NCBI GenBank assembly: GCA_964016885.1
Contig: OZ024742.1
Span: 356,748,001 to 356,812,000 of the forward strand
DNA length: 64,000 nt
Direction: 5' to 3'
Origin: Eledone cirrhosa
Lineage: Eukaryota
Part shown: positions 50,601-64,000 of the stretch, piece by piece
Position numbering within the stretch: the stretch's first letter is position 1
Layout: the number at the start of each line of letters is the position of its first letter
Translations under genes and position numbers: made by a program
Notes under the pieces: model-generated
What the model saw: the letters and a program-made list of their open reading frames with translations, nothing else
Told to the model about the DNA's origin: nothing
Databases searched by the model: none

Positions 50601-53600
50601 CGTCCAACCCTCTATAAATACTACCAATCCACCACCCATGGCATCCAACCCTCTACCTATACTGCCAATCCACCACCCATAGCATCCAACCCTCTACCAA
50701 TACTGCCAATCCACCACCAATGGCATCCGACCCTCTACCTATACTGCCAATCCCCCACCAAGTGCATCTAACCCTCTACATATACTGCCAATTCACAACC
50801 TGGCGTCCCACCCTCTACCAATTCTGCCAATCGACCACCCATGGCATCTAACCCTCTACCAATACTGCCAATCTACCACCCATGGCGTCCAACCCTCTAC
50901 CAATACTGCCAATCCACCACCCATGGCATCCAACCCTCTACAAATACTGCCAATCCACCACCCATGGCATCCAAACACTCTAGCACTACTGCCAATCCAC
51001 CACACGTGGCTTCCAACCCTCTACAATACTGCCAATCCAGCACCCATAGCATCCAACCCTCTACCTATACTGCTAATCCACCACCCATGGCATCCGAACC
51101 TCTACCTATACTGCCAATCCACCACCCATGGCGTTCAACCCTCTACCTATACAGCAATCCAGCATCCATGGCGTCCAACCCTCTACCAATACTGCCAATC
51201 CAGCACCCATAGCATTCAATCCTCTACCAATACTGCTAATCGAGCACCCATGGCATTCAATCCTCTACCAATACTGCCAATCCAGCACCCATGGCGTCCA
51301 ACCCTCTACTGCCAATCCACCACCCATGGCGTCCAACCCTCTACCAATACTGCCTATCTACCACCCATGGCATCCAACCCTCTGCCAATACTGCCATTCC
51401 ACCACCCATGGCATCCAACCCTCTACCAATACTGCCAATCCACCACCAATGGCATCCGACCCTCTACCTATACTGCCAATCCATCACCCATGGCGTCCAA
51501 CCCTCTACCGATACTGTCAATCCACCACCCATGGCATCCAACCCTCTACAAATACTGCCAATCAACCACGCATGCCATCCAACCCTCTACCAATAGTGCC
51601 AATACGCCACCCATGGTGTCCAACCCTCTACCAATACTGCCAATCAACCACCCATGGCATCCAACTCTCTACCAATACAGCCAATGAACTACCCATGGCG
51701 TCCAACCCTCTACCAATATTGCCAATCCAACCCCATGCCGTCCGACTCTCTACCAATACTGACAAACCACAACCCAAGACATCCGCCCCTCTACCTGTAC
51801 TGCCAATCACCACCCATGGCGTCCAACCCTCTACCAATACTGCGAATCCACCACCCATGGCGCCCAACCCTCTACCAATACTGTCAATCCACCACCAATG
51901 GCATCCAACCCTCTACCAATGCTGCCATTCCACTACCCATGCCATCCAAACGTCTACCTATACTGCCAATCCACCACCCATGGCATCCAACCCTCTACCA
52001 ATATTGCCAATCCACCACCCATGGTTTCCAACCCTCTACCAATACTGTCAATCCAACCATCTAACACTCCTGCCAATCCACCACCCATGGCGTCCGACCC
52101 TCTACCAATACTGCCAATCCAGCACCCACGGCGTCCAACTCTCTACCTATACTGCCAATCCACCACCAATGGCATCCAACCTCTACCATTACTCTCAATC
52201 CACCACAAATGGCTTCCAACCCTCTACCAATACTGCCAATCCAGCACCCATGGCCTTCAATCCTCTACCAATACTGCAAATCCTCCACCCATGGCGTACA
52301 ACCCTCTACAAATCCTGCCAATCCACCAGCCATGGCGTCCAACCCTCTAACACTACTGCCAATCCACCACCAAGTGCATCTAACCCACTACATATACTGC
52401 CATTCACCACCATGGCGTCCCACCCTCTACCAATACTGCCAATCCACCACCCAAGGCATCTAAATATCTACCAATACTGCCAATCCACCACCTATGGCAT
52501 CCAACCCTCTACCAATACTGCCAATCCACAACCCATGGCATCCAACCCTCTAACAATACTGCCAATCCAACACGCATGGCATCTAACCGTCTACCAATAC
52601 TGCCAATTCACCACACATGGCATCTAACCCTCTACCAATACTGCTAATCCACCACACATAGCATCTAACCCTCTACCAATACTGCCAATTCACCACCTTG
52701 GCGTCCAACCCTCTACAATACTGTCAATCCAGCACCCATAGCATCCAACACTCTACCTATACTGCTAATCCACCACCCATGACTTCCGACCCTCTAACTA
52801 TACTGCAATCCAGCATCGATGGCGTCCAACCCTCTACCAATACTGCCAATCGAGCACCCATGGCATTCAACCCTCTACCAATACAGCCAATCCAGCACCC
52901 ATGGCATTCAATCCTCTACCAATACTGCCAATCCAGCACCCATGGCGTCCAACCCTCTACTGCCAATTCACCACCCATGGCGTCCAACCCTCTACCAATA
53001 CTGCCAATCCACCACCCATGGCATCCAATCCTCTACCAATACTGCCAATCCACCACCCATGGAAACCAACCCTCTAACAATACTGCCAATCCACCACCAA
53101 GTGCATCTAACCCTCTACATATACTGCCATTCACCACCATGGCGTCCCACCCTCTACCAATACTGCCAATCCACCACCCAAGGCATTTAAATATCTACCA
53201 ATACTGCCAATCCACCACCTATGGCATCCAACCCTCTACCAATACTGCCAATCCAGCACCCATGGCGTACGACCCTCTACCAATACTGCCAATCCACCAC
53301 CCATGGCGTCCAATCCTCTACCAATACTGCCAATCCACCACAGATGGCATCCAACCCTCTACCAATACTGCCAATCCAGCACCCATGGCCTTCAATCCTC
53401 TACCAATACTGCCAATCCTCCACCGATGGCGTACAACCCTCTACAAATCCTGCCAATCCACCAGCCATGGCGTCCAACCCTCTAACAATACTGTCAATCC
53501 ACCACCAAGTGCATCTAACCCTCTACATATACTGCCATTCACCACCATGGCGTCCCACCCTCTACCAATACTGACAATCCACCACCCAAGGCATCTAAAT

Positions 53601-56600
53601 ATCTACCAATACTGCCAATCCACCACCTATGGCATCCAACCCTCTACCAATACTGCCAATCCAGCACCCGTGGCATCCGCCCCTATGCTTATACTGCCAA
53701 TCCAGCACCCATGGCATCCAACCCTCTACCAATACTGCCAATCCACCACACGTGGCATCCGACCCTCTACAATACTGCCAATCCAGCACCCATAGAATTC
53801 AATCCTCTACCAATACTGCCAATCAAGAACCCATGGCATTCAATGCTCTACCAATACTGCCAATCCAGCACCCGTGGCATCCGCCCCTATGCTTATACTG
53901 CCAATCCAGCACCCATGGCATCCAACCCTCTACCAATACTGCCAATCCACCACACGTGGCATCCGACCCTCTACAATACTGCCAATCCAGCACCCATAGA
54001 ATTCAATCCTCTACCAATACTGCCAATCAAGAACCCATGGCATTCTATCCTCTACCAATACTGCCAATCCACAACCCATGGCATCCAACCCTCTAACAAT
54101 ACTGCCAATCCATCACGCATGGCATCTAACCGTCTACCAATACTGCCAATTCACCACACATGGCATCTAACCCTCTACCAATACTGCTAATCCACCACAC
54201 ATGGCATCTAACCCTCTACCTATACTGCCAATCCACCACCTTGGCGTCCAACCCTCTACAATACTGTCAATCCAGCACCCATAGCATCCAACACTCTACC
54301 TATACTGCTAATCCACCACCCATGACTTCTGACCCTCTAACTATACTGCAATCCAGCATCGATGGCGTCCAACCCTCTACCAATACTGCCAATCCAGCAC
54401 CCATAGCATTCAATCCTCTACCAATACTGCCAATCGAGCACCCATGGCATTCAACCCTCTACCAATACTGCCAATCCAGCACCCATGGCATTCAATCCTC
54501 TACCAATACTGCCAATCCAGCACCCATGGCGTCCAACCCTCTACTGCCAATTCACCACCCATGGCCTCCAACCCTCTACCAATACTGCCAATCCACCACC
54601 CATGGCATCCAACCCTCTACCAATACTGCCAATCGACCACACAGTGCATTCAATCCTCTACCAATACTGCCAAGGAGCACCCATGGCATTCAATCCTCTA
54701 CCAATACTGCCAATCCATCACCCATGGCATCCAACCCACAAACAATGCTGCAAATCCACCACACATGGCATCTAACCGTCTACCAATACTGCCAATCCAC
54801 CACACATGGCATCTAACCCTCTACCAATACTGCCAATCTACCACCCATGGCGTCCAACCCTCTACCAATACTGCCAATCCAGCACCCATAGCATCCAACC
54901 CTCTACCTATACTGCTAATCCACCACCCATGGCATCCGACCCTCTACCTATACTGCCAATCCACCATGCATGGCGTTCAACCCTCTACCTATACTGCAAT
55001 CTAGCATCCATGGCGTCCAACCATATACCAATACTGCCAATCCAGCACCCATAGCATTCAATCCTCTACCAATTCTGCCAATCCAGCACCCATGGCGTCC
55101 AACCTTCTACCAATACTGCCAATCCACCACACGTGGCCTCCGACCCTCTACAATACTGCCAATCCAGCACTCATTGCATTCAATCCTCTACCAATACTGC
55201 CAATCGAGCACCCATGGCATTCAATCCTCTACCAATACTGCCAATCCAGCACCCATGGCGTCCAATCCTCTACTGCCAATCCACCACCCATGGCGTCCAA
55301 CCCTCTATCAATACTGCGAATCCACCACCCATGGCATCTAACCCTCTACCAATACTGCCAATCTACCACCCATGGCGTCCAACCCTCTACAAATACTGCC
55401 AATCCACCACCCATGGCATCCAACCCTCTACAATACTGCCAATCCACCACCCATGGCGTCCAAACACTCTACCACTACTGCCAATCCACCACACCTGGCT
55501 TCCAACCCTCTACAATACGGCCAATCCAGCACCCATAGCATCCAACCCTCTACCTATACTGCTAATCCACCACCCATGGCATCCGACCCTCTACCTATAC
55601 TGCCAATCCACCACCCATGGCGTTCAACCCTCTACCTATACAGCAATCCAGCATCCATGGCGTCCAACCCTCTACCATTACTGCCAATCCAGCACCCATA
55701 GCATTCAATCCTCTACCAATACTGCTAATCGAGCACCCATGGCATTCAATCCTCTACCAATACTGCCAATCCAGCACCCATGGCGTCCAACCCTCTACTG
55801 CCAATCCACCACCCATGACGTCCAACCCTCTACCAATACTGCCAATCTACCACCCATGGCATCCAACCCTCTACCAAACTGCCATTCCACCACCCATGGC
55901 ATCCAACCCTCTACCAATACTGCCAATCCACCACCAATGGCATCCGACCCTCTACCTATACTGCCAATCCTTCACCCATGGCGTCCAACACACTACCGAT
56001 ACTGCCAATCCACCACCCATGGCATCCAACCCTCTACAAATACTGCCAATCAACCACGCATGCCATCCAACCCTCTACCAATACTGCCAATCAACCACCC
56101 ATGGCATCCAACTCTCTACCAATACAGCCAATCAACTACCCATGGCGTCCAACCCTCTACCAATATTGCCAATCCAACCCCATGGCGTCCCACTCTCTAC
56201 CAATACTGACAATCCACAACCCAAGACATCCGCCCATCTACCTATACTGCCAATCACCACCCATGGCGCCCAACCCTCTACCAATACTGCCAATACACCA
56301 CCCATGGCGCCCAACCCTCTACCAATACTGCCAATCCACCACCAATGCCATCCAACCATCTAACACTCCTGCCAATCCACCACCCATGGCATCCGACCCT
56401 CTACCAATACTGCCAATCCAGCACCCACGGCGTCCAACTCTCAACCTATACTGCCAATCCAACACCAATGGCATCCAACCCTCTACCATTACTGCCAATC
56501 AACCACCCATGGCGTCTGACCCTCTACCAATACATAGTATCCACCACCCATGGCATCCGACCCTCTACCAATACTGCCAATCCAGCACCCATGGCATCCA

Positions 56601-59600
56601 ACCCTCTACCAATACTGCCAATCCAGCACCCATGGCGTACGACCCTCTACCAATACTGCCAATCCAACACCCATGGCATCCAACCCTCTACCAATACTGC
56701 CAATCCAGCACCCATGGCCTTCAATCCTCTACCAATACTGCCAATCCTCCACCCATGGCGTACAACCCTCTACAAATCCTGCCAATCCACCAGCCATGGC
56801 GTCCAACCCTCTAACAATACTGTCAATCCACCACCAAGTGCATCTAACCCTCTACATATACTGCCAATTCACCACCATGGCGTCTCACCCTCTACCAATA
56901 CTGCCAATCCACCACCCAAGGCATCTAAATATCTACCAATACTGCCAATCCACCACCTATGGCATCCAACCCTCTACCAATACTGCCAATCCAGCACCCG
57001 TGGCATCCGCCCCTATGCTTATACTGCCAATCCACCACCCATGGCATCCAACCCTCTACCAATACTGCCAATCCACAACCCATGGCATCCAACCCTCTAA
57101 CAATACTGCCAATTCATCACGCATGGCACCTAACCGTCTACCAATACTGCCAATCCACCACACATGGCATCTAACGCTCTACCAATACTGCTAATGCACC
57201 ACACATGGCATCTAACGCTCTACCAATACTGTCAATCCAGCACTCATAGCATCCAACCCTCTACCTATACTGCTAATCCACCACCCATGACTTACGACCC
57301 TCTAACTATACTGCAATCCAGCATCCATGGCGTCAAACCCTCTACCAATACTGCCAATCCAGCACCCATGCCATTCAATCCTCTACCAATACTGCCAATC
57401 CAGCACCCATGGCGTCCAGCCCTCTACTGCCAATGCACCACCCATTGCGTCCAACCCTCTACCAATACTGCCAATCCACCACCCATGGCATCCAACCCTC
57501 TACCAATACTGCCAATCCACACCCATGGCATCCAACCCTCTACCAATACTGCCAATCCAGCACCCATGGCATTCATTCCTCTACCAATACTGCCAATCCA
57601 GCACCCATGGCGTCCAACCCTCTACTGCCAATTCACCACACATGGCGTCCAACCCTCTACCAATACTGCCAATCCACCACCCATGGCATCCAACCCTCTA
57701 CCAATACTGCCAATCCACCACCCATGGAAACCAACCCTCTAACAATACTGCCAATCCACCACCAATGGCATCCGTCCCTCTACCTATACTGCAATCCAGC
57801 ATCCATGGCGTCCAACCCTCTACCAATACTGCCAATCCACCACACAGTGCATTCAATCTTCTACCAATACTGCCAATCTACCACCCATGGCATTCAATCC
57901 TCTACCAATACTGCCAATCCACCACCCATGGCATCCAACCCACAAACAATACTGCAAATCCACCACACATGGCATCTAACCGTCTACCAATACTGCCAAT
58001 CAACCACACATGGCATCTAACCCTCTACCAATACTGCCAATCTACCACCCATGGCGTCCAACCCTCTACCAATACTGCCAATCCAACACCCATGGCATTC
58101 AATCAATCCTCTACCAATAGTGCCAATCCACAACCCATGGCATCCAACCCTCTACAATACTGCCAATCCAGCACACATAGCATCCAACCCTCTACCTATA
58201 CTGCTAATCCACCAGCCATGACTTCTGACCCTCTAACTATACTGCAATCCAGCATCCATGGCGTCGAACCCTCAACCAATACTGCCAATCCAGCACCCAT
58301 AGCATTCAATCCTCTACCAATACTGCCAATCCAGCACCCATGGCGTCCAACTATCTACTGCCAGTCCAGCACCCATGGCGTCCAACCCTCTACCAATACT
58401 GCCAATCCACCACCCATGGCATCCAACACTCTACCAACACTGCCAATCCACCATCCATAGCATCCAACCCTCTACCAATACTGCCAATCCAGCACCCGTG
58501 GCCTTCAATCCTCTACCAATACTGCCAATCCAGCACCCATGGCCTCCAACCCTCTACTGCCAATTCACCATCCATGGCGTCCAACCCTCTACCAATACTG
58601 CCAATCCACCACCCATGGCATCCAACCCTCTACCAATACTGCCAATCCACCACCCATGGAAACCAACCCTCTACCAATACTGCCAATCCACCACCAATGG
58701 CATCCGACCCTCTACCTATACTGCAATCCAGCATCCATGGCGTCCAACCCTCTACCGATACTGCCAATCCACCACACAGTGCATTCAATCGTCTACTAAT
58801 ACTGCCAATCGAGCACCCATGGCATTCAATCCTCTACCAATACTGCCAATCCACCACCCATGGCATCCAACCCACAAACAATACTGCAAATCTACCACAA
58901 ATGGCATCTAACCATCTACCAATACTGCCAATCTACCACCCATGGCGTCCAACCCTCTACCAATACTGCCAATCCAGCACCCATAGCATCCAACCCTCTA
59001 CCTATACTGCTAATCCACCACCCATGGCATCCGATCCTCTACCTATACTGCCAATCCACCATGCATGGCGTTCAACCCTCTACCTATACTGCAATGGAGC
59101 ATCCATGGCGTCCAAACATATACCAATACTGTCAATCCAGCAACCATAGCATTCAATCCTCTACCAATACTGCCAATCGAGCACCCATGGCATTCAATCC
59201 TCTACCAATACTGCCAATCCAGCACCCATGACATTCAATCCTCTACCAATACTGCCAATCCAGCACCCATGGCGTCCAACCCTCTACTGCCAATCCACCA
59301 CCCATGGCCTCCAACCCTCTACCAATACTGCCAATCCACCACCCATGGCATCCAACCCACTAACAATACTGCCAATCCACCACACATGGCATCTAACCGT
59401 CTACCAATACTGCCAATCCACCACACATGGCATCTAACCCTCTAACAATACTGCCAATCCACCACCCATGGCGTCCAACCCTCTACCAATACTGCCAATC
59501 CACCACCCATGGCATCCAACCCTCTACCAATACTGCCAATCCAGCACTCATGGCGTCTGACACTCTACCAATACATACAATCCACCACCCATGGCATCCG

Positions 59601-62600
59601 ACCCTCTACCAATACTGCCAATCCAGCACCCATGGCGTCCGACCATCTACCAATACTGCCAATCAACCACCCATGGCGTACAACCCTCTACCAATACTGC
59701 CAATCCACCACCCATGGCGTACAACCCTCTACCAATACTGCCAATCCACCACCCATGGCGTACAACCCTCTACAAATCCTGCCAATCCACATCCCATGGC
59801 GTCCAACCCTCTACCAATACTGCCAATCCACCACCCAAGGCATCTAAATCTCTACCAATACTGCCAATACACCACCTATGGCATCCAACCCTCTACCATA
59901 ACTGCCAATCCAGCACCCGTGGCATCCGCCCCTACACTTATACTGCCAATCCACCACCCATGGCATCCAACCCTCTACCAATACTGCCAATCCTGCACCC
60001 ATGGCGTCCAACCCTCTACCAATACTGCCAATCCAGCACCCATGGCGTCCAAACCCTCTACCAATACTGCCAATCCACCACACGTGGCATGCGACCCCCT
60101 ACAATACTGCCAATCCAGCACCCATAACATCCAACCCTCTACCTATACTGCTAATCCACCACCCATGGCATCCGCCCCTATACTTATACTGCCAATCCAG
60201 CACCCATAGCATTCAATCCTCTACCAATACTGCCAATCGAGCACCCATGGCATTCAATCTTCTACCAATACTGCCAATCCAGCACCCATGGCATTCAATC
60301 ATCTACCAATACTGCCAATCCAGCACCCATGACGTCCAACCCTCTACTGCCAATCCACCACCCATGGCGTCCAACCCTCTACCAATACTGACAATCCACT
60401 CCCATGGCATCCAGCCCTCTACCAATACTGCCAATCCATCACCCATGGCATCCGACCCTCTACAATTACTGCCAATTCACCTCCCATGGAATTCAATCCT
60501 CTAGTAATACTGCCAATCCATCACACATGGTACCTAACCATCTACCAATACTGCCAATCCACCACACATGGCATCTAACCCTCTACCAATACTGCCAATC
60601 CACCACCATGGCGTCCAACGCTCTACCAATACAGCCAATCCAGCACCCATGGCGTCCAAACCCTCTACCAATACTGCCAATCCACCACACATGGCGTCCG
60701 ACCCTCTACCAATAGTGCCAATCCACCACACATGGCATCCAACCCTCTACCAATAATGCCAATCCACCACCCATGGCGTCCAACCCTCTACCAATACTGA
60801 CAATCCAGCACCCATAGCATTCAATCCTCTACCAATACTGCCGATCGAGCACGCATGGCATTCAATCCTCTACCAATACTGCCAATCCAGCACCCATGGC
60901 ATTCAAACCTCTACCAACACTGACAATCCAGCACCCATGGCGTCCAACCCTCTACTGCCAATCCACCACCCATGGCGTCCAACCCTCTACCAATACTGCC
61001 AATCCACCACCCATGGCATCCAACCCTCTACCAATACTGCCAATCCACCACCCATGGCATCCAACGCTCTACCAACACAGCCAATCAACTACCCATGGCG
61101 TCCAACCCTCTACCAATATTGCCAATCCAACCCCATGGCGTCCGACCCTCTACCAATACTGCCAATCCACCACCCATGGCATCCAACCCACTAACAATAC
61201 TGCCAATCCACCACACATCGCATCTAACCGTCTACCAATACTGCCAATCAACCACACATGGAATCTAACCCTCTACCAATACTGACAATCCACCACCAAT
61301 GGCGTCCAACCCTCTACCGATATTGCCAATCCATCACCCATGGCATCCAGCACTCTACCAATACTGGCAATCCAGCACTCATGGCGTCCGAACCTCTACC
61401 AATACTGCCAATCCACCACCCATGACGTCTAACCCTCTACCAATACTGCCAATCCACCACCCATGGCGTCTGACCCTCTACCAATACATACATTCCACCA
61501 CACATGGCATCCGACCCTCTACCAATACTGCCGATCCAGCACCGATGGCATCCAACCCTCTACCAATACTGCCAATCCAGCACCCATGGCATCCAACCCT
61601 CTACCAATACTGCCAATCCAGCACCCATGGCGTCCGACCATCTACCAATACTGCGAATCAACCACCCATGGCGTACAACCCTCTACCAATACTGCCAATC
61701 CACGACCCATGGCGTCCAAACCTCTACCAACTCTGCCAATCCACCACCCATGGCATTCAATCCTCTACCATTACTGCAATCCACCACCCATGGCATCCAA
61801 CCCACTAACAATACTGCCAATCCACCTCACATGGCATCTAACCGTCTACCAATACTGCGAATCCACCACACATGGCATCTAACCCCCTTCCAAAACTGCC
61901 AATCCACCACACGTGGCGTCCAAACCCTCTACCAATAGTGCCAATCCAGCACCCGTGGCATCCGCCCCTATACTTATACTGCCAATCCAACACCCATGGC
62001 ATCCAACCCTCTACCAATACTGCCAATCCACCACCAATGGCGTCCAATCCTCTACCAATACTGCCAATCCAGCACCCATGGAGTCCAAACCCTCTACCAA
62101 TACTGCCAATCCACCACACGTGGCATGCGACCCTCTACAATACTGCCAATCCAGCACCCATAATATCCAACCCTCTACCATTACTGCTAATCCACCACCC
62201 ATGGCATCCGCCCCTATACTTATACTGCCAATGCAGCACCCATAGCATTCAATCCTCTACATATACTGCCAATCACCACCATGGCATCTGACCCTCTACC
62301 TATACTGCCAATCCACCACACATGGCGTCCAACCCTCTACCACTACTGCCAATCGACACACATGGCGTCCAACCCTCTACTGCCAATCCACCACCCATGG
62401 CGTCCAAGCCTCTACCAATACTGCCAATCCATCATCCATGGCATCCAACCCTCTAACAATACTGCCAATCCACCACACATAGCATCTAACCGTCTACCAA
62501 CACTGCCAATCCACCACACATGGCATCTAACCCTCTACCAATACTGCCAATCCAAGACACATGGCATCTAACCCTCTACCAATACTGCCAATCCACCACC

Positions 62601-64000
62601 CATGGCGTCCAAACCTCTACCAATACTGCCATTCAACCACCATGGCGTCCAACTCTCTACCAATACTGCCACTCCAGCACCCATGGCGTCCAAACCATCT
62701 ACCAATACTGCCAATCAACCACACGTGGCATACGCCCCTCTACTTATACTGCCAATCCACCACACATGGCGTCCAAACCCTCTACCAATACTGCCAATCC
62801 AGCACACGTGGCATCCAACTTTCTACAATACTGCCAATCCACCACACATGGCATCTAACCCTCTACCAAAACTGCCAATCCACGACCCATGGCGTCTAAC
62901 CCTCTAACAATACTGCCAATCCAGCACCCATGGCGTCCAAACCCTCTACCAATACTGCCAATCCACCACACATGGCATCCAACCTTCTACAATACTGCCA
63001 ATCCACCACACATGGCATCTAACCCTCTACATATACTGCTAATCCACCACCCATGGCATCCAACCCTCTACCAATACTGCCAATCCACCACCCATGGCAT
63101 CCGACCCTCTACCTATACTTCCAATCCACCACCCATGGCGTTCAACCCTCAACCAATACTGCCAATCCAGCACCCATAGCATTCAATCCTCTACAAATAC
63201 TGCCAATCGAGCACCCATGGTATTCAATCCTCTACCAATACTGCCAATCCAGCACCCATGGCATTCAATCCTCTACCAATACTGCCAATCAACCACCGAT
63301 TGCATCCAACCCTCTAAGAATACTGCCAATCAACCACCCATGGCCTCCAACCCTCAACTAATACTGCCAATCAACCACCCATGGCATCCAACCCTCAACC
63401 AATACTGCCAATCCACCACCCATGGCATCCAACCCTCTACCAATACTGCCAATCCAGAACCCATGGCATTCAGTCCTCTACCAATACTGCCAATCGAGCA
63501 CCCATGGCATTCAATCCTCTACCAATACTGCCAATCCAGCACCCATGGCATCCAACCCTCTACCAATACTGCCTATCAACCACCTATGGCATCCAACCCT
63601 CAACCAATTTTGCCAATCCACCACACATGGCATTCAGTCCTCTACCAATACTGCCAATCCACCACCCATGACATCCAACCCTCTACCAATACTGCCAATC
63701 CACAACCCGTGGCATTCAATGCTCTACCAATACTGCCAATCCACCACCCATGGCGTCCAACCCTCTACCAATACTGCCAATCCACCACCCATGGCATCCA
63801 ACCCTCTAGCAATTCTGCAAATCCACCAACCATGGCGTCCACCCTTCTACCTATACTGCCAATCCACCACCAATGGCATCCAACCCTCTACCAATACTGC
63901 CAATCCACCACCAATGGCATCCAACCCTCTACTAATAATGCCAATCCACCACCCATGGCATCCGATCCCCTACCTATACTGCCAATCCACCACACATATC
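29616..64000 (-). repeat. 41-bp tandem satellite, plus-strand consensus CCATGGCGTCCAACCCTCTACCAATACTGCCAATCCACCAC, ~840 units, runs off the window
   Basis: Periodicity directly visible with many variant units. Because 41 is not a multiple of 3, the three plus frames chain into one 41-aa pseudo-repeat. Confidence 0.98.

Noticed and set aside
29605-63671. Forest of Pro/His/Gln-rich ORFs resembling extensin or mucin
   Set aside because: The 41-bp consensus has no stop in any plus frame, so all three frames chain. Stops and indels are scattered with no frame preference.

Overview
Eukaryotic, AT-rich, repeat-dominated DNA with no recognisable host gene. The SINE, MITE and RTE repertoire looks cephalopod (Octopus-like); this is inference from repeat motifs only. 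Two satellites fill about two thirds of the window: a 33-bp array (~1533-10095, ~260 units) and a 41-bp array (~29616 to the window end, ~840 units). They generate nearly all ORFs in the track, which are artefacts. The main observation is that each array is fused in register to the rest of a tRNA-derived SINE. The 33-bp array sits between the A-box and B-box of one copy. The 41-bp array is a head-to-tail multimer of the A-box-containing head of another copy. Between the arrays lie an intact RTE-clade LINE (APE + RT with an internal PHD finger, nested tandem 5' monomers), a disrupted sister copy, RTE and CRE-like 3' fragments, further SINE copies, two MITEs and a long palindrome with a degenerate hammerhead-like core.
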